64,000 nucleotides of DNA from Octopus bimaculoides (Eukaryota), in the NCBI RefSeq assembly GCF_001194135.2, contig NC_068984.1, forward strand, positions 97,129,322-97,193,321. The letters run 5' to 3'. Shown piece by piece: positions 14,301-28,604 of the stretch (its first letter is position 1; each line of letters starts with the position of its first letter). A program made the translations under genes and the position numbers. The notes beneath the pieces were generated by a model. That model was not told where the DNA came from. It searched no databases and saw only the letters and a program-made list of their open reading frames with translations.

Positions 14301-17300
14301 TCAGAGTTGCCCCAGCCAAATAGATTTCCTTCATCTGAAAAGAAAAAAGAGAAATAATAACAAGAAATATATTTAACTCTTTAGCATTCAGATTACTTTG
14401 TCAAGTGTAATACTTAGTCACATTTTATAAAATTAATCCTGTATTATCTCACTGCTTTGAGATTTTGAAGGTGATTGTTTGTTTTTAGAATGACATTGCA
14501 GGGTAGGTGTGAGAGGTTGGATCTGGCTTATGTGAACATAAATCAAGTAGAATATTTGGGCCAGATATGGCTGGTTTAAATGCTAAAGAGTTAAGACAAG
14601 AAGCAATTATACGTATTGGTTAATTGTTCAAGTTACAAGACTAAAAATGTTTCTATATAGCAATTTTAACAATCTTAGTCACAGTTTTTTCAACTCATAA
14701 ACTTTGTTTCATTTAATCAATAATTTAAATGTTATAAAACAGACTACATTGTCACCACTTTACATCATAGACTATTAATTACAAGCTAATACACACTTCC
14801 CAGAATAATAAAGATATACAGCTGCTGTATATTGTAGCATTGTCTACCTCACAATGCTAGGACAATCTCCAGAATAATAAGGGCACATAACCACCCAGAG
14901 TACACTTACCTGACAAAACTAGAGCAGTCTATAGACAATGAGTATGCAGCCACTCTGGGTACACCACCCTGACAATGCTAGGACACAATCTCCACAACAA
15001 TAAAGTACATAGCTACCCTAGACACACCTACCTGACAATACCTAGATAGTCTCCAGAACAATAAGAGTACACAACCACACTGGGCACACTTACCTGATAA
15101 AGCTAGGACACAATCTCCAGAACATGCTATCTGCTTGATGTTGACACCTTCAATATCACCTTTCACTTGTGTTGCTTGTGACACATTCTTGTAATGACCC
15201 AAGCCTAAAGACAAACAGAAACAGACAAGAGATTTCTAAAATATATGTCTATAGTGTTAGCAGTGGTACTTCCAGCAGTTATAAGCTAAAGTATTTGTGA
15301 TGATAATTGTAGGTTTTATTGTAACTGTATGGTACTGATAACTAAAATTATGGTAACTGTATATGTGTAATAATGGTGGTGGTAGTGGTGACTATAGGTG
15401 TTTGGTATCAATTACCATGGTGGTGTTTTGTGTTTGAATTGTGAGTATAGCAAATTTTTGCTTATAGCATCCACTGAGGAAATTGTATAATTTATGTATG
15501 TCAGAAATATAAAGACATAGAGTAGTGATGGTCTATAGTGATTGGATGGGATAGAGATTCCTTGCAGTAGGTAGATAAAAGAGTGTGCGATACAGATGAC
15601 CAAATGTGGATGGAGGGAACAATATGAGATACAGATGACCTACATAGCCTGGATGACTGCCAAAACATCTGGTTTATCCACCTATTGCTAACCACTCAAC
15701 TATAAATTAGACAAGTTTTACCAGTTGCTAACATAGCAGGGAGACAACACAGCTATTTTCTATCATGAGTTTACAATGTACACAGGTCTCTTTCCCACCT
15801 CCTGATGTGTCATCTTTTTTATATACTTTGCTTTAAATTTAACTACATCATATCTTCCATACATCTGTACTTTATGAATATATTGTGTTTATATACAAAG
15901 ATAGATCTGAAAAACATAAATCATATAAATAATTTATATAAATGTAAATATCCTGTATAGTTACCTGTCTGTCCATCTGAGCTTAAGCCACAGCTGTATA
16001 CCTCTCCAGACTGTGTCAAAAAGAATGTGTGGTCTTGACCACAAACAACCTAAAATGACAATAATATAACAATATTCAATTGACACACACAAAAGAAAAC
16101 CAAAATGTTATGCTACAGAACTTCCTTATAGTATTGTTCAAACTGCTAATACATATATATNNNNNNNNNNNNNNNNNNNNNNNNNNNNNNNNNNNNNNNN
16201 NNNNNNNNNNNNNNNNNNNNNNNNNNNNNNNNNNNNNNNNNNNNNNNNNNNNNNNNNNNNNNNNNNNNNNNNNNNNNNNNNNNNNNNNNNNNNNNNNNNN
16301 NNNNNNNNNNNNNNNNNNNNNNNNNNNNNNNNNNNNNNNNNNNNNNNNNNNNNNNNNNNNNNNNNNNNNNNNNNNNNNNNNNNNNNNNNNNNNNNNNNNN
16401 NNNNNNNNNNNNNNNNNNNNNNNNNNNNNNNNNNNNNNNNNNNNNNNNNNNNNNNNNNNNNNNNNNNNNNNNNNNNNNNNNNNNNNNNNNNNNNNNNNNN
16501 NNNNNNNNNNNNNNNNNNNNNNNNNNNNNNNNNNNNNNNNNNNNNNNNNNNNNNNNNNNNNNNNNNNNNNNNNNNNNNNNNNNNNNNNNNNNNNNNNNNN
16601 NNNNNNNNNNNNNNNNNNNNNNNNNNNNNNNNNNNNNNNNNNNNNNNNNNNNNNNNNNNNNNNNNNNNNNNNNNNNNNNNNNNNNNNNNNNNNNNNNNNN
16701 NNNNNNNNNNNNNNNNNNNNNNNNNNNNNNNNNNNNNNNNNNNNNNNNNNNNNNNNNNNNNNNNNNNNNNNNNNNNNNNNNNNNNNNNNNNNNNNNNNNN
16801 NNNNNNNNNNNNNNNNNNNNNNNNNNNNNNNNNNNNNNNNNNNNNNNNNNNNNNNNNNNNNNNNNNNNNNNNNNNNNNNNNNNNNNNNNNNNNNNNNNNN
16901 NNNNNNNNNNNNNNNNNNNNNNNNNNNNNNNNNNNNNNNNNNNNNNNNNNNNNNNNNNNNNNNNNNNNNNNNNNNNNNNNNNNNNNNNNNNNNNATATAT
17001 ATATATATATATATATATCTGATATATATTTTGGAAAAATATTTTCCAAAATGAAGTTATTAAGTATTGTAACTCTACATGACTTTTGGCCCACCCTGAA
17101 TATATAATGTGTATATATATATATAGAGAGAGAGAGAGTTACAATACTTAATAACTTCATTTTGGAAAATATTTTTCTTTCATTTTTTCACAGATTCTAT
17201 AAAGAAGACTAACCATCAAAACATTCACAACCAAACAATGAACACAAATTGTGAAATTTTACTATCAAAACCAAGAATCAATAATTCTAACTCAGTGAGC

Positions 17301-19081
17301 ATATCATTACTATTACGTGAAGGATTCTTCAAGTGAATTAATGATTAGATGTTTGATTAGTCATTTTGAAGTACAGGGTTCAGTAAGCAACATTCCATGA
17401 ACTGGTGGACTCTGCACCATTAGGAATGATGCAACAGTCAGCTATATAATGGAGAGTCTTAAAGAAGACTTGAGCAGCCTGGACAGGTTAGAGTCTCTTG
17501 GACATCACTCTGACACATTCTGAAAACTTTGGACCTTTTTCTGTATAAAATCCAGTTGGTGCAACAGTGAAGCCACCAGATTATGCCCACAGATTGCAAT
17601 ATGCAGTTAGATTTGTGGCTGTGTAAGAAGCTCACTCCCCAACCACATGGTTCCAGATTCAGTACCATGGTGTGACACCTTCAGCAAGTAAATATCTTCT
17701 ACTTATAGCCTCAAGCCGACCACAGCCTTGTGAGTGGATCTGGTAGACAGACTAATTATTTTCTGTATGAACTGTATATGATACTATGGTATTGTAAATT
17801 TAAAACAAAAAATAAAGAAGTTATTAAACATTCAAACCCTTTTGTGACTTTTGGCCCAGCTTGTGCGTGCGTGTGTGTGTGTGTGTGCGCATGTGCGCAT
17901 GTATACACAGAAAGACAGATAGACAGCACTCAGTTTTGAGAGAGTAAAGTTATTTATTATAATAACCAACCACAATAAACCTTGTAAAATACAGCTACCC
18001 GAAGTTTCCTGGCTGAAATATTAGTTTATCTCAGCATTTATCAAGCTGATAAAAACAACAAGATAGTTTAGTAACTGCATTTGATGTAATAGATATGTTC
18101 GAATGAGCACACACATTTAGAAAAACACAGAGAAAAATCAAGGAGAAATAATTAACAGCATGCTAAATATAACCTGTGTCTTACAAATATCAATAATTTC
18201 ATAAACCAATACTGGAATGTGTTATGATGTATCTGGTGGTTTATCCCTAATTCCCACTAAAAGTATTTTGTAAAATGCAGACATGAAGAAAAAATCTTGC
18301 TCCTGGTATTTATACAGTCACTGAAGGGTCTTTTTTTTTTTTCAAGTGAGCATATGGAATATCTTTTTGAGCCATTAATATAAGGTTTTGTTATTGTGAA
18401 TTGGAAAGATCTTCCATTTGAAATCGTACTTGATTGTTCTTGTCTTTAAATTTCTAGATCAATGATGAGAGGGCTTGCATGTCTCTTCTCAAAGTGCCTA
18501 AAGTTTGAAAGATGGTTGTTGTATCTGGATTTAAATTTTCCTTCCATGGATCATATATAATGCTTGGTCTCTGTCCAGCCATTGTAATAGCTTGCTGATA
18601 CCTGTGCTTCATAAATAACAGAGGATATATCACATGCTTGCCCTAGAGGACAATTAGATTTATTTCTGAATGTGTAGCTAGGACATATCCAAGTCATCAG
18701 TTGTTTATTGATACAGGTCTTTATATTAGGAGGTTTTTATGTAAATGGAGTAGTCAATCTAGTAGAGTACTTACATCTTTGGAGTGGTTAACAAACTGGA
18801 ATAGTTACAGCACCGGAGTGCTTCCCTATTACAATAGTTACCCCATATTGGTTAAGCCTTTGCTTGTACCAATTTCACAATAACTGGAGGTAACAAAGTA
18901 GACTATAGGTCAGCCAACAAATGGGCTAAGAGTTTGCACATTCACATGTGTTGTGATCAAGGACAACACAGCTCTCAATGGCTAAGTTTACCTAGCTCTA
19001 AGTATTGACCTAATGAATAAAAATTTGTGAGATAAGATATTTAATTAATCGGTGTGATAATTAATAAATTATTAATCCAAT

Positions 19082-19115
<34 letters not shown>

Positions 19116-22100
19116 TTGCTGTTTGATTCAAAACTTTAGCCAAGGAGAATCGGTTTGATAGGATAATTTCTACATGAGGGATAATTACTAGATGAAGACA
19201 ATCCAGTATTCATACTTTGTCATCTGTCCAACACAACTTCTAAGGCCAAGAAGCTTGGCTGTCAAATGACCCAGTTCACCTGGTTGTTAACGGTGTGAGC
19301 AACACTGTAACAATGGTTTCTTTTGTAAGATCAAGGTCACTGAGCAGGGAAACAGTAAATTATATTGATTCCAATACCTATTTTTACTGACCCCCAGAAA
19401 CACAAAAGTGTAAGTCAAAATTAGAATATAAAATTGCAAGGTATTTACTTCTTCAATCAGCCAACTCTACAAAAAACCACTAATAGTAGCAACATTCTAT
19501 TATTAACAAATGTTTTGTTAACTGACAGTGCTAAGTTCAAAACTTGCCATGGGAGTGATTTGAAGAAATTGGGCTCTGACAGGGTGATTTGATTTTGGTA
19601 CAATTCATAAAAGTGAAATCATTAAATCCAATAGATTACAAGATTCACTCAATCTGAGGCTGAAAGAGTCTAATGTATCGACAAACACACACACAATTGC
19701 ACGCGCACACACTTAACCTAATCAAGCTGAGAATTGTTTGATTTTTACTGAAAATACTGCCAGATGTTAATATAGCTTTCAAAAGAAATGAATATGAAAA
19801 TCTTAAAAAGATTGTAATAAAAGAACAACAATAAACAGAGATTTACTTCTCTAAGTCAATACATTGTTCCACTTGTATTTAATTTATGAATGAAAATCTT
19901 GCAAAGTTCCCATAAGTTCAATATGTTTTCACAAAAGAAACAAATGGACAATGTATTTTTTTCTTTACATCACAAACTGTTTTAAGACACAATAAACCTA
20001 GAATTAACTCAGATAAAATCTTTACATTAGGCTTTTGAAATTGTTTCCCTTCTGACAAATTCATCTCTACTTTATGATCTCCAGTCCACTTTATGCCCTG
20101 AAAAATCTCTGCCTGCTTCATGCCTTAAATGCATCTCCTCTGTAACTTAAAATGTCCACTTTAAGACTAACTAGCTCAAAGGTTGGGATTAAATAGATCC
20201 TAACCGAATAATTTTTAAAAAACAATGAAATGACAAAATTATTCACATATTGACATTTAATTAAAAGATACACATAACCATTTCCACAGCCGCTTCACTG
20301 TTAAATGGTTTTACATATACAGGTAAACCGAGTTGGAAAAACAAGTGTTTTGACAGCAGACACAAACTTGCTTAGGATATTATGGATGTAAAGCATGCAT
20401 GTGTGCGTGTGTGTGTGTGTGCATGCGTGAGCGAGAGGGGGAGAGAGAGGGGGGAGAGAAGTCAACATCATTTTATATCTGTTTTCTGTACTGGAATGGG
20501 TTAGGCAAATTATCACAGTCTTATTTAGTTCTATTTCAGAGTTATTGACCTCCTAGATAGTTCAGAGGAACTTGTTTCACCCAGACATTAGATTTGTGAT
20601 AGTTCCTACAGTGTGAAGCTCTTCCCATCACCAAACTGCTTTACATGATATACTGGGTGCATTTTATCATAGAAGCAGCACAAGAGGTGTCCTGTCCTCA
20701 ACAAGACAAGGAACCATCTCCATTCACTTGCAAACTACTTTATCGTCAGCAGCAGCATTTTTCATGTTTTTCCATGCATGTAAGGCTTGGATGAGTTTTT
20801 CTCAAATCAACATATCAACACTTGTTCCTTTGTGATCTTCTTTGTAAGATTCAACATCCTTAGATCAGTTTTCACCATTTCTGCTTATGCCTTCCATGAT
20901 CTTCCTCTTCTAGTGGGTTCTTTTACATTTTCCCTCATCTGTCATCATCCATATGTATCACATATCCATACCAATGTAGCTATATCTCTTGTACACTAAA
21001 TCTGATTCTTCATATATCCAGTTTTTCCTCTTAACTCATCTGTGCCTAGTTATTCATGCACACTGACATTACACATCCAGCAGATCATGTTTGCTTTGTT
21101 CTTCACTAATCTATGCATGTCCTCTACATTCACTCCTTGTCTTACTACCATCCATTGGAGTTCAAATTCAAGCATCATACAATCTACCCTTCAAAAAAGA
21201 AACCCCTTATTGCCAGCAGAGGTAATAACTCCCTGAATTTTTCCTATTCTATTCTAATTCGGTTTACCATGTTTTCAGAATACTTTTCTCTACTACTGAT
21301 TAGGTCATCTAGGTAACAGTAGGCTATCAATTACTTCTACAAAGCCTTCCAAACACAATAAGGAATTTATTTTACCGGTGCCCTGAAAGCTAACTACTCA
21401 TGTACATCTATTACATACATAGTCTTTATTAACTGTCAGTCTTCCCTGGATTCCACTACTTTTCTTGTGCATTCACAGATCACATTAGGTACATTGTACA
21501 AAATTTTTACCAACACCTTTTCTGCATAGTGAGCATGGCCATTTCCCTATTAGTATCAGAGTCCTGTTAACTTTCTGATATAATAAAACAGTCTTTGCTA
21601 CTTTTACTCTGAGGCTACTTGATTCTAGGTTTTGTTTCAACAGCTGGAATTTCATTTCTAAATCTTCCCCAGTTTCTGCTACAAGAACTTGATCATTAGT
21701 ATATAGACGTTTGTAATAGCCTGGAGAACTATAATAAACAGGAGGGGGCTAAGAAAATTTCTATACACACACAAACATTCATACACATATACATACATGC
21801 ACACATTAAATAAAAGGTAGAAAACAATAAAATAAATACCTCTTTAATGTTATCAGGCAGGTGTCTAATTTTAGTGATGGTGGAACTGCCTCTGAATAGG
21901 AGAACAAATATATTTATATATTTGTAAAGCTGAAGACATTAACAGATTCTGGATAAGAAATAGAAGTTTTAGATCATAAATACAATATTTTGGTTAACTA
22001 AAGACTTTTCATCAGAACTGCCATTGCTATCACATTAATCACAATATCATGGAAGAAATAATTAACCAAAGTGAGTTTTCTCTCCCTCTAAAAAGAAAAA

Positions 22101-25100
22101 AACATCAATATTTTCCACAAGAAAATAATACTGTTAGAGAGAACAACATATTTCCTTACTAGCCCGATAGGGCAGCTTTCAAGCTAGCTCCAGTGGAGGG
22201 CTCTTCATTGGGCCTTGGGCCCAACAATAACACTTCGTGCATTGAGTACATATTGAATTTTATTAAACTTGGACAATATTTTTCAAGTAATGAACGATTT
22301 TCATCAAAACAATAATTTGTCCACTTGGAACTTATTGCAAAGCTGCATGATAAACAACAAATTTTGTCTTCCCATTCAGGGTCAGTACAAATAGCTTGTT
22401 TCAATTCCCTACCCTTGAACAACCAGCATATAGCTGGCCATAGGCAACAATAAACTTACCTTTTAAAAGTTCAACGATAATTCTTCTGGTTCTATATTTA
22501 AGAGATGAGGAATTATGTACATTATTTACATTATTTACAATTGATAGATATTTGTCCTCATCTTGTTTGTTGTTAACACAACGTTTCGGCTGATATACCC
22601 TCCAGCCTTCATCTGATGTCTTGGGGATATTTCGAACCTGAGTTCAAAATTTCCGCAAGACACCTGATATCAGCCGAAACGTTGTGTTAACAACAAACAA
22701 GATAAGGACAAATATCCATCAATTGTAAATAATATAGATAATTCTTCTGCTGTCAATTAATTTAAAGACAATTTGATGTATGTAGGGCCTTACTTTCCGT
22801 ACAAACAATTATTTGTAATACCTGGTACATATCTAAACTCCTGTTCGTAGTTTGAAGGAAAATTACACCACTGTTGCTAAACACTATTTCAAAGTGTGAT
22901 TTTTATGTTTTAGAATTGCTCTAAATGTATTTGACCATAAAGATGTTTGAAATTTAGTATTTTTTAAGGTAATAATAAAATTAGTCGAATTTATTTTCAT
23001 GCAATTGGAGGATGCTAAGTTTCCATAGCTCCAACGGCTGACGACATCAAAATAGGTCCGACAAATTGTATTAATATCTGAAAAAAGTTTCTAATATTTT
23101 TATTGTAGAGGGTTATGAGAGATAATATTGTATGAGAGAGTGAGTTCAATACGTACTTCAGTTCTGAAGCACATGTTATGGTTAAATTACTTGATACAGT
23201 TATAATATTTAGAGAAAGATTTTTTCAAAATGTTTATTTTGGAAATTACTTTCGAAAATAGTTATAATATTTAGAGAAATATCTTTTTCCAAATGTTAGG
23301 ATTAAAAAAACCCCCACAAGAATGAAGAATAGTAGAAGTGTCACCGAATAGTGAGAGAGGGGGTCGGAAGAGTAAAGTTGAAAAAGTGTGACACACTGAC
23401 ATTCGCTTTCGTATTTATTATCATAAATTGTTGATTTTGGGAACATTCTATGATACTGAACACACTTATGATTATCTAAAAAAAGTCATTAATTTTAGGA
23501 GCAAAGTTAGGTAGAGGCTATTTAAGAAAGTTATAATAGCCCTGCATTTATTAAAGTAAAAACTATGTAAGAAAAATATGGTAACAGCTGTGACTGTGTA
23601 AGAAGCTCACTTCCCAACCACATGGTTCCAGGTTCCGTCCCACTGTGTGGCACCTTTCGCAAATGTCTTCTACTATAGCCTCAGGCTGACCACAGCCTTG
23701 TGAGTGGATATAGTAGACAAAAACTGAAAGAAACCTGTCATGTACGTGTGTGTATGTGTTTGTCCTTTACCACAACCTGACAACTGATGGTGTGTTTACG
23801 TCCCTCATAACTTAACAGTTCAGTAAAAGAGACTGATAGAATAAAAACCGGGCTTTAAAAAAAAGAATATTGAGGCCAGATCACTCAACCAAAAAGTTCT
23901 TCAAGGTGATGCCCCAGCATGGCTGCAGTCTAATGACTAAAATAAGTAAAAGATAACTTTGCAGAATTAAAACTAGATACAGACTATGTAAGAAGGCTGT
24001 GGTAGTCATATATTATTAAAGTTAGATACAGATTATGTAAGAGGGCTGTGGTAGCCCTGTATTATTAAAGCTGGGTACAGATTATGTAAGAAGGCTATGT
24101 ACTGAATTAATGCTGTAATATGTACTACAGATATAGTCCACATTATGAAAATATTCTATTCGTGAAAATATTGTGTTAACATGAAGTTCCATATACCGAG
24201 ATTTTTTCCTTTGATTTCTATTTAACATGGAAATCAATAGAAGATATATTACATATGACAGATCTCCACATTGCAGCAAGATTTTTCTGAAGTGCAATAC
24301 TTATGTAACATGGGAGCTGCTTATAGTGTAAAGCTGAACAGAATGGTTAGCATTATAAAGACAGACATCCAGTTGTTAAAAGAAGCAACAATTTCTATAT
24401 AAATATCTCTCACAAGGCAAATTTCTGCACACATCCACAACAAAAACACTCGACGGAACATTGGTCATCACCAGTGTTTTCTCTAGCCCAAGGTTGAGAA
24501 TTTGGGAGGAAAAGATTGGAAAATGGTTAGTGTCACTTGATAGGAAGAGAAAAATGTATGTTACTTGTATTTTTCTGTTTCTAGAATCAGACTACTGAGA
24601 AGAGGATGACAGATTAATGAGTGGAAAGGACACAATAGGGAGGAGTAACACAGTAGGGATGACCAGAGTAGAAGGGAGAGAAGAGAAAAATATACAAGTT
24701 ACCTGTATTTTTCTGTTTCTACAATAGGTCGACCACACTGACCAAATGAGTTGTTACCAAGACTGAACACTGTACAGGAGAAAGAGGAGAAACAAAATAA
24801 AGTTATAAACAAGATAAGAGAAATATTAAAAAGAAAGTGTTGGTATAATCATTGAAAAGACAAATTAGATTACCAGGTTTTTGTTGTTTTTTGTTGTTTA
24901 ACCTGAGGTCAACAACAATCCAACAGCTTTATGATCAAAGGTGTTCTTTCTAATGACAAATATTCGTTCTATTTGGGTGAAACATGTACTACAAAATACT
25001 TTTTTTCAAACACCAATTTATCATCTTTTCCCTGATGAACAAGGGAGAGAGGGGAGAGAGGGANNNNNNNNNNNNNNNNNNNNNNNNNNNNNNNNNNNNN

Positions 25101-26140
25101 NNNNNNNNNNNNNNNNNNNNNNNNNNNNNNNNNNNNNNNNNNNNNNNNNNNNNNNNNNNNNNNNNNNNNNNNNNNNNNNNNNNNNNNNNNNNNNNNNNNN
25201 NNNNNNNNNNNNNNNNNNNNNNNNNNNNNNNNNNNNNNNNNNNNNNNGAGAGGGGGAGAGGGAGAGAGAGAGTGCATGTGTGTATGTCTTCACCAATATA
25301 CACTGACAAAAGATACATATATACATACACATATACACACACACATACATATGTACAAACAGAGAGATAGATATGACAGGCTTCTACACAGTTTCCATTT
25401 CCCAAATTTCAGTCACAAAGCATCAATAAGCAGCTATGGTAGCAGACAATGTACCACACAGAGAAACAAACCCATTTTAAAATGAACTTCTTAATCACTT
25501 AGCCACGTCTGCACCTTCACCAAACAATTTTTTTTCATTTTTTTTTCAGACTGTATCTGAGACTATATTACTTATGATATTGTTTATTTTTAAGACAGTA
25601 AGGCATGACTTGAGGGAGATTTAGCTTCCACTTCTAGCATGCCAAGTGACTATACAGAGGTTCCTTCATTTTCAATGCTCATAACTTGGCATTATTTCAT
25701 ACTGGAGAGCAGATATCAAATATAATCTATAAGTACCAAAGGCAATAATTTTATTTTTAACTTACTGGGTTTGAAGGGAAAGAAATGTCCATAAGCTTCA
25801 CAGACCTTTTGAGACTGATTCCATTAGTGTTCTACTTAAGCTGCTGCAGGAAAGAGGCAACTGGGGAGGAAAGTTTAAAAGATCTCTTAATTTCTACAAC
25901 ATATCACCTCCTTTTTTATCTCCAGAGCTGAAGTAAACTCCACAGATCTCATCCAAGTAACTATAGACTACATTTTAAGGGCTAGTTCTTAACTCCTGTT
26001 TCAGGTGTAAAGTAGATGAGAGATATGTATTCTCCTACAGTGGATGAGGTAACTTATTCCCTAATGAACTGCTACTTATTTATCCATGACAGCTAGGTGA
26101 TGAAGTGAAGACATGTAGAATAAAGTACACACATTGTATG

Positions 26141-26177
<37 letters not shown>

Positions 26178-27212
26178 TTAGATATATAAAAGAAAATGAT
26201 TTCCTGATGCTGGAGAGCAAACAGACAGAGATAACAGCAGAGTAAAGAGGACTGTTTAATCTTACCAAGGATATGACAACCTCCTTAGTGTTTCTGCGAC
26301 AATAAAATGCACTCATCACATTTTGTAAAGTGGTTGACGCTAGGAAAGGCATCCAAACATAGAAACCTCACTAAAAGTATAACATGATCCTCACATCTTG
26401 TCTAAGAGAGCATTAAGTTTAAATAAGAACTGACTCAGATTGTGACAATATGGCCAGCTCATACCAGCATGGCAAAGAAGTTGATAAAGATAAAGCATTT
26501 TGATGAAGATGATGATTATGTTGATGGTGATGATGATGATGATAACAGACATAAAGATTATATGTATAATGAAATATATATATAAACAGAACTGTATTAC
26601 AAATAAGTGCCCTGAAACTGGAGGATGGAGGGGGCCAGTAACCCTGACAACATCATATTCTAGATGAATGACCTCTGCTATCATCCATCACTCTCACAAC
26701 TCCACTAACAATACACACAATAACATAAAGTTTAGAGAAGGGTACAACTGTTTACATTAATCTCCAGTGATTAACTGGTATTTACTGACTTCAAAAGGTT
26801 GACACACACAAATGTGCCTGATGTGGTTTGAACTCAGAATGTAAACACTGCAAATCCTTTAATCCAACACATTCCTGTTTCTGACATTTCATGATGATGA
26901 TGACGATTATTATTTTTAACATAGAAACAAGGCCAGAAATTTTTCAAGGGAGTATTTTAGTCAATTAAATCTCCCCCTCTCTCTCTCTCCTTGGAACAGA
27001 TGAAAGGCAAACTTGACCTGAGCAGGATTTGAACTCAGAATGTAAAGAGCTGCAACTAATAATTTCCCTATTCAGTGCTCTTAATAATTTCTTATTTAAG
27101 GAATTTCAAGAAAAAATAATGAGATAATTATATTGACCCCAGTATTTGACTTGTACTTACATCGTAAGACATCTTGTCAGATGCTCATGATTCTGTCAAT
27201 CTGCTGCTGCTG

Positions 27213-27305
<93 letters not shown>

Positions 27306-28569
27306 GGTTGTTCCGAAAATAATGGCTGCTCTAAGTGTTGTGTTTTGAAATGCAATTCTATCATAGTATTTTAACTATATTTTAGGTGAATTCTGACATA
27401 CTTAATAATTGATGTATGTTCTTTAATAATTTTCTATTTATTTCAGACAGAAAACATTCTTGAAGCATACGTGCCCTTAATTATGAACATGGCAAAAAAG
27501 GACTTTCGCTTACTTTTCTTGCATGAGTTCAAGCTTGGGCACAATGCTTCCCAAACTGCTGCCAATATCAACAAAGTATGGGGAGGTGGGGTCCACAAGT
27601 GACCATACAGTACAAAGGTGGTTTCAGAAATTCTGTAGTGGTGATGAGAGCCTTGAAGAAGGTAGAAGGTCATGCAGTCTTGACAATGAACAATTGAAAG
27701 CAATTGTTGAACAAAACCCACATCAAAGTGTCAGAGAAATGTCTCAAGCACTTGGTGTCAGTACTGCAATGGTCCCACGCAATCTGCAGAAGATTGGTAA
27801 GGTGAAAAAGCTTGATAAATGGGTACTGCATGAGCTCAATGAAAATCAAAAAGTTCATCGTTTTGAAATGTGCTCAATGCTCTTTCTGTGAAACACCAAT
27901 GATCCTTTTACTGAATAGTCACTTATAACAAAAAGTGGATCCTTTATGATAACCGTAAATGATCAGGTCAATTGCTTGATTGTGACAAGTCCCCCAAACA
28001 TTTCCCAAAACCAAAGTTGCATCAGCAAAAGATTATGGTGACTGTCTGGTGGTCTGCAATTGGTGTTGTCCATTACAGCTTTCTGGAAGCCAATCAGAGC
28101 ATTACAGCAGAGGTTTACTGCAATCAACTTGCTGAAATGCATGTTCACTTGCAAAAAATGAGACTTGCATTGGTGAAGTGGCGTGGCCCAATTCTGCTCC
28201 ATGATAATGCAAACCACATGTTGCAAGAATGACGCTGCAGAAACTCACAGACTTTGGATACGAGACTTTACCACATCCTCCATATTCTCCTGATCTTTCA
28301 CCTACTGACAATCATTTTTTTAGCATTTAAATATGTTTTTAAGTGATAAAACTTTCAGGTCAAAACCAGAGGTGGAATCAACTTTCAAAAATTTCTTGGC
28401 ATCAAAGCCAATAAGCTTTTATCAACGAGACATAAATAATCTCGTTGATCGATGGCAGTGATGCATAGATGTTCATGGCTTGTACTTTGACTAATCAAAA
28501 CATTTCTATTGTTAATTTTTCCAGAATAAAGTTATGTTTCTGAAATTAGCCATTATCTCTGGAACAACC

Positions 28570-28604
<35 letters not shown>

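Noticed and set aside
16080-17160. Long ORFs in the track here and at about 25.0-25.4, 28.5-29.6 and 39.7-40.6 kb
   Set aside because: They are open only because they run through N gaps.
22159-22422. 87-aa ORF as a nested gene or extra RCC1L exon
   Set aside because: It is an alternate frame of a Helitron helicase remnant, and RCC1L is already complete without it.
27174-27374. Poly-Leu/Ile and similar low-complexity ORFs throughout the window
   Set aside because: Translations of microsatellites.
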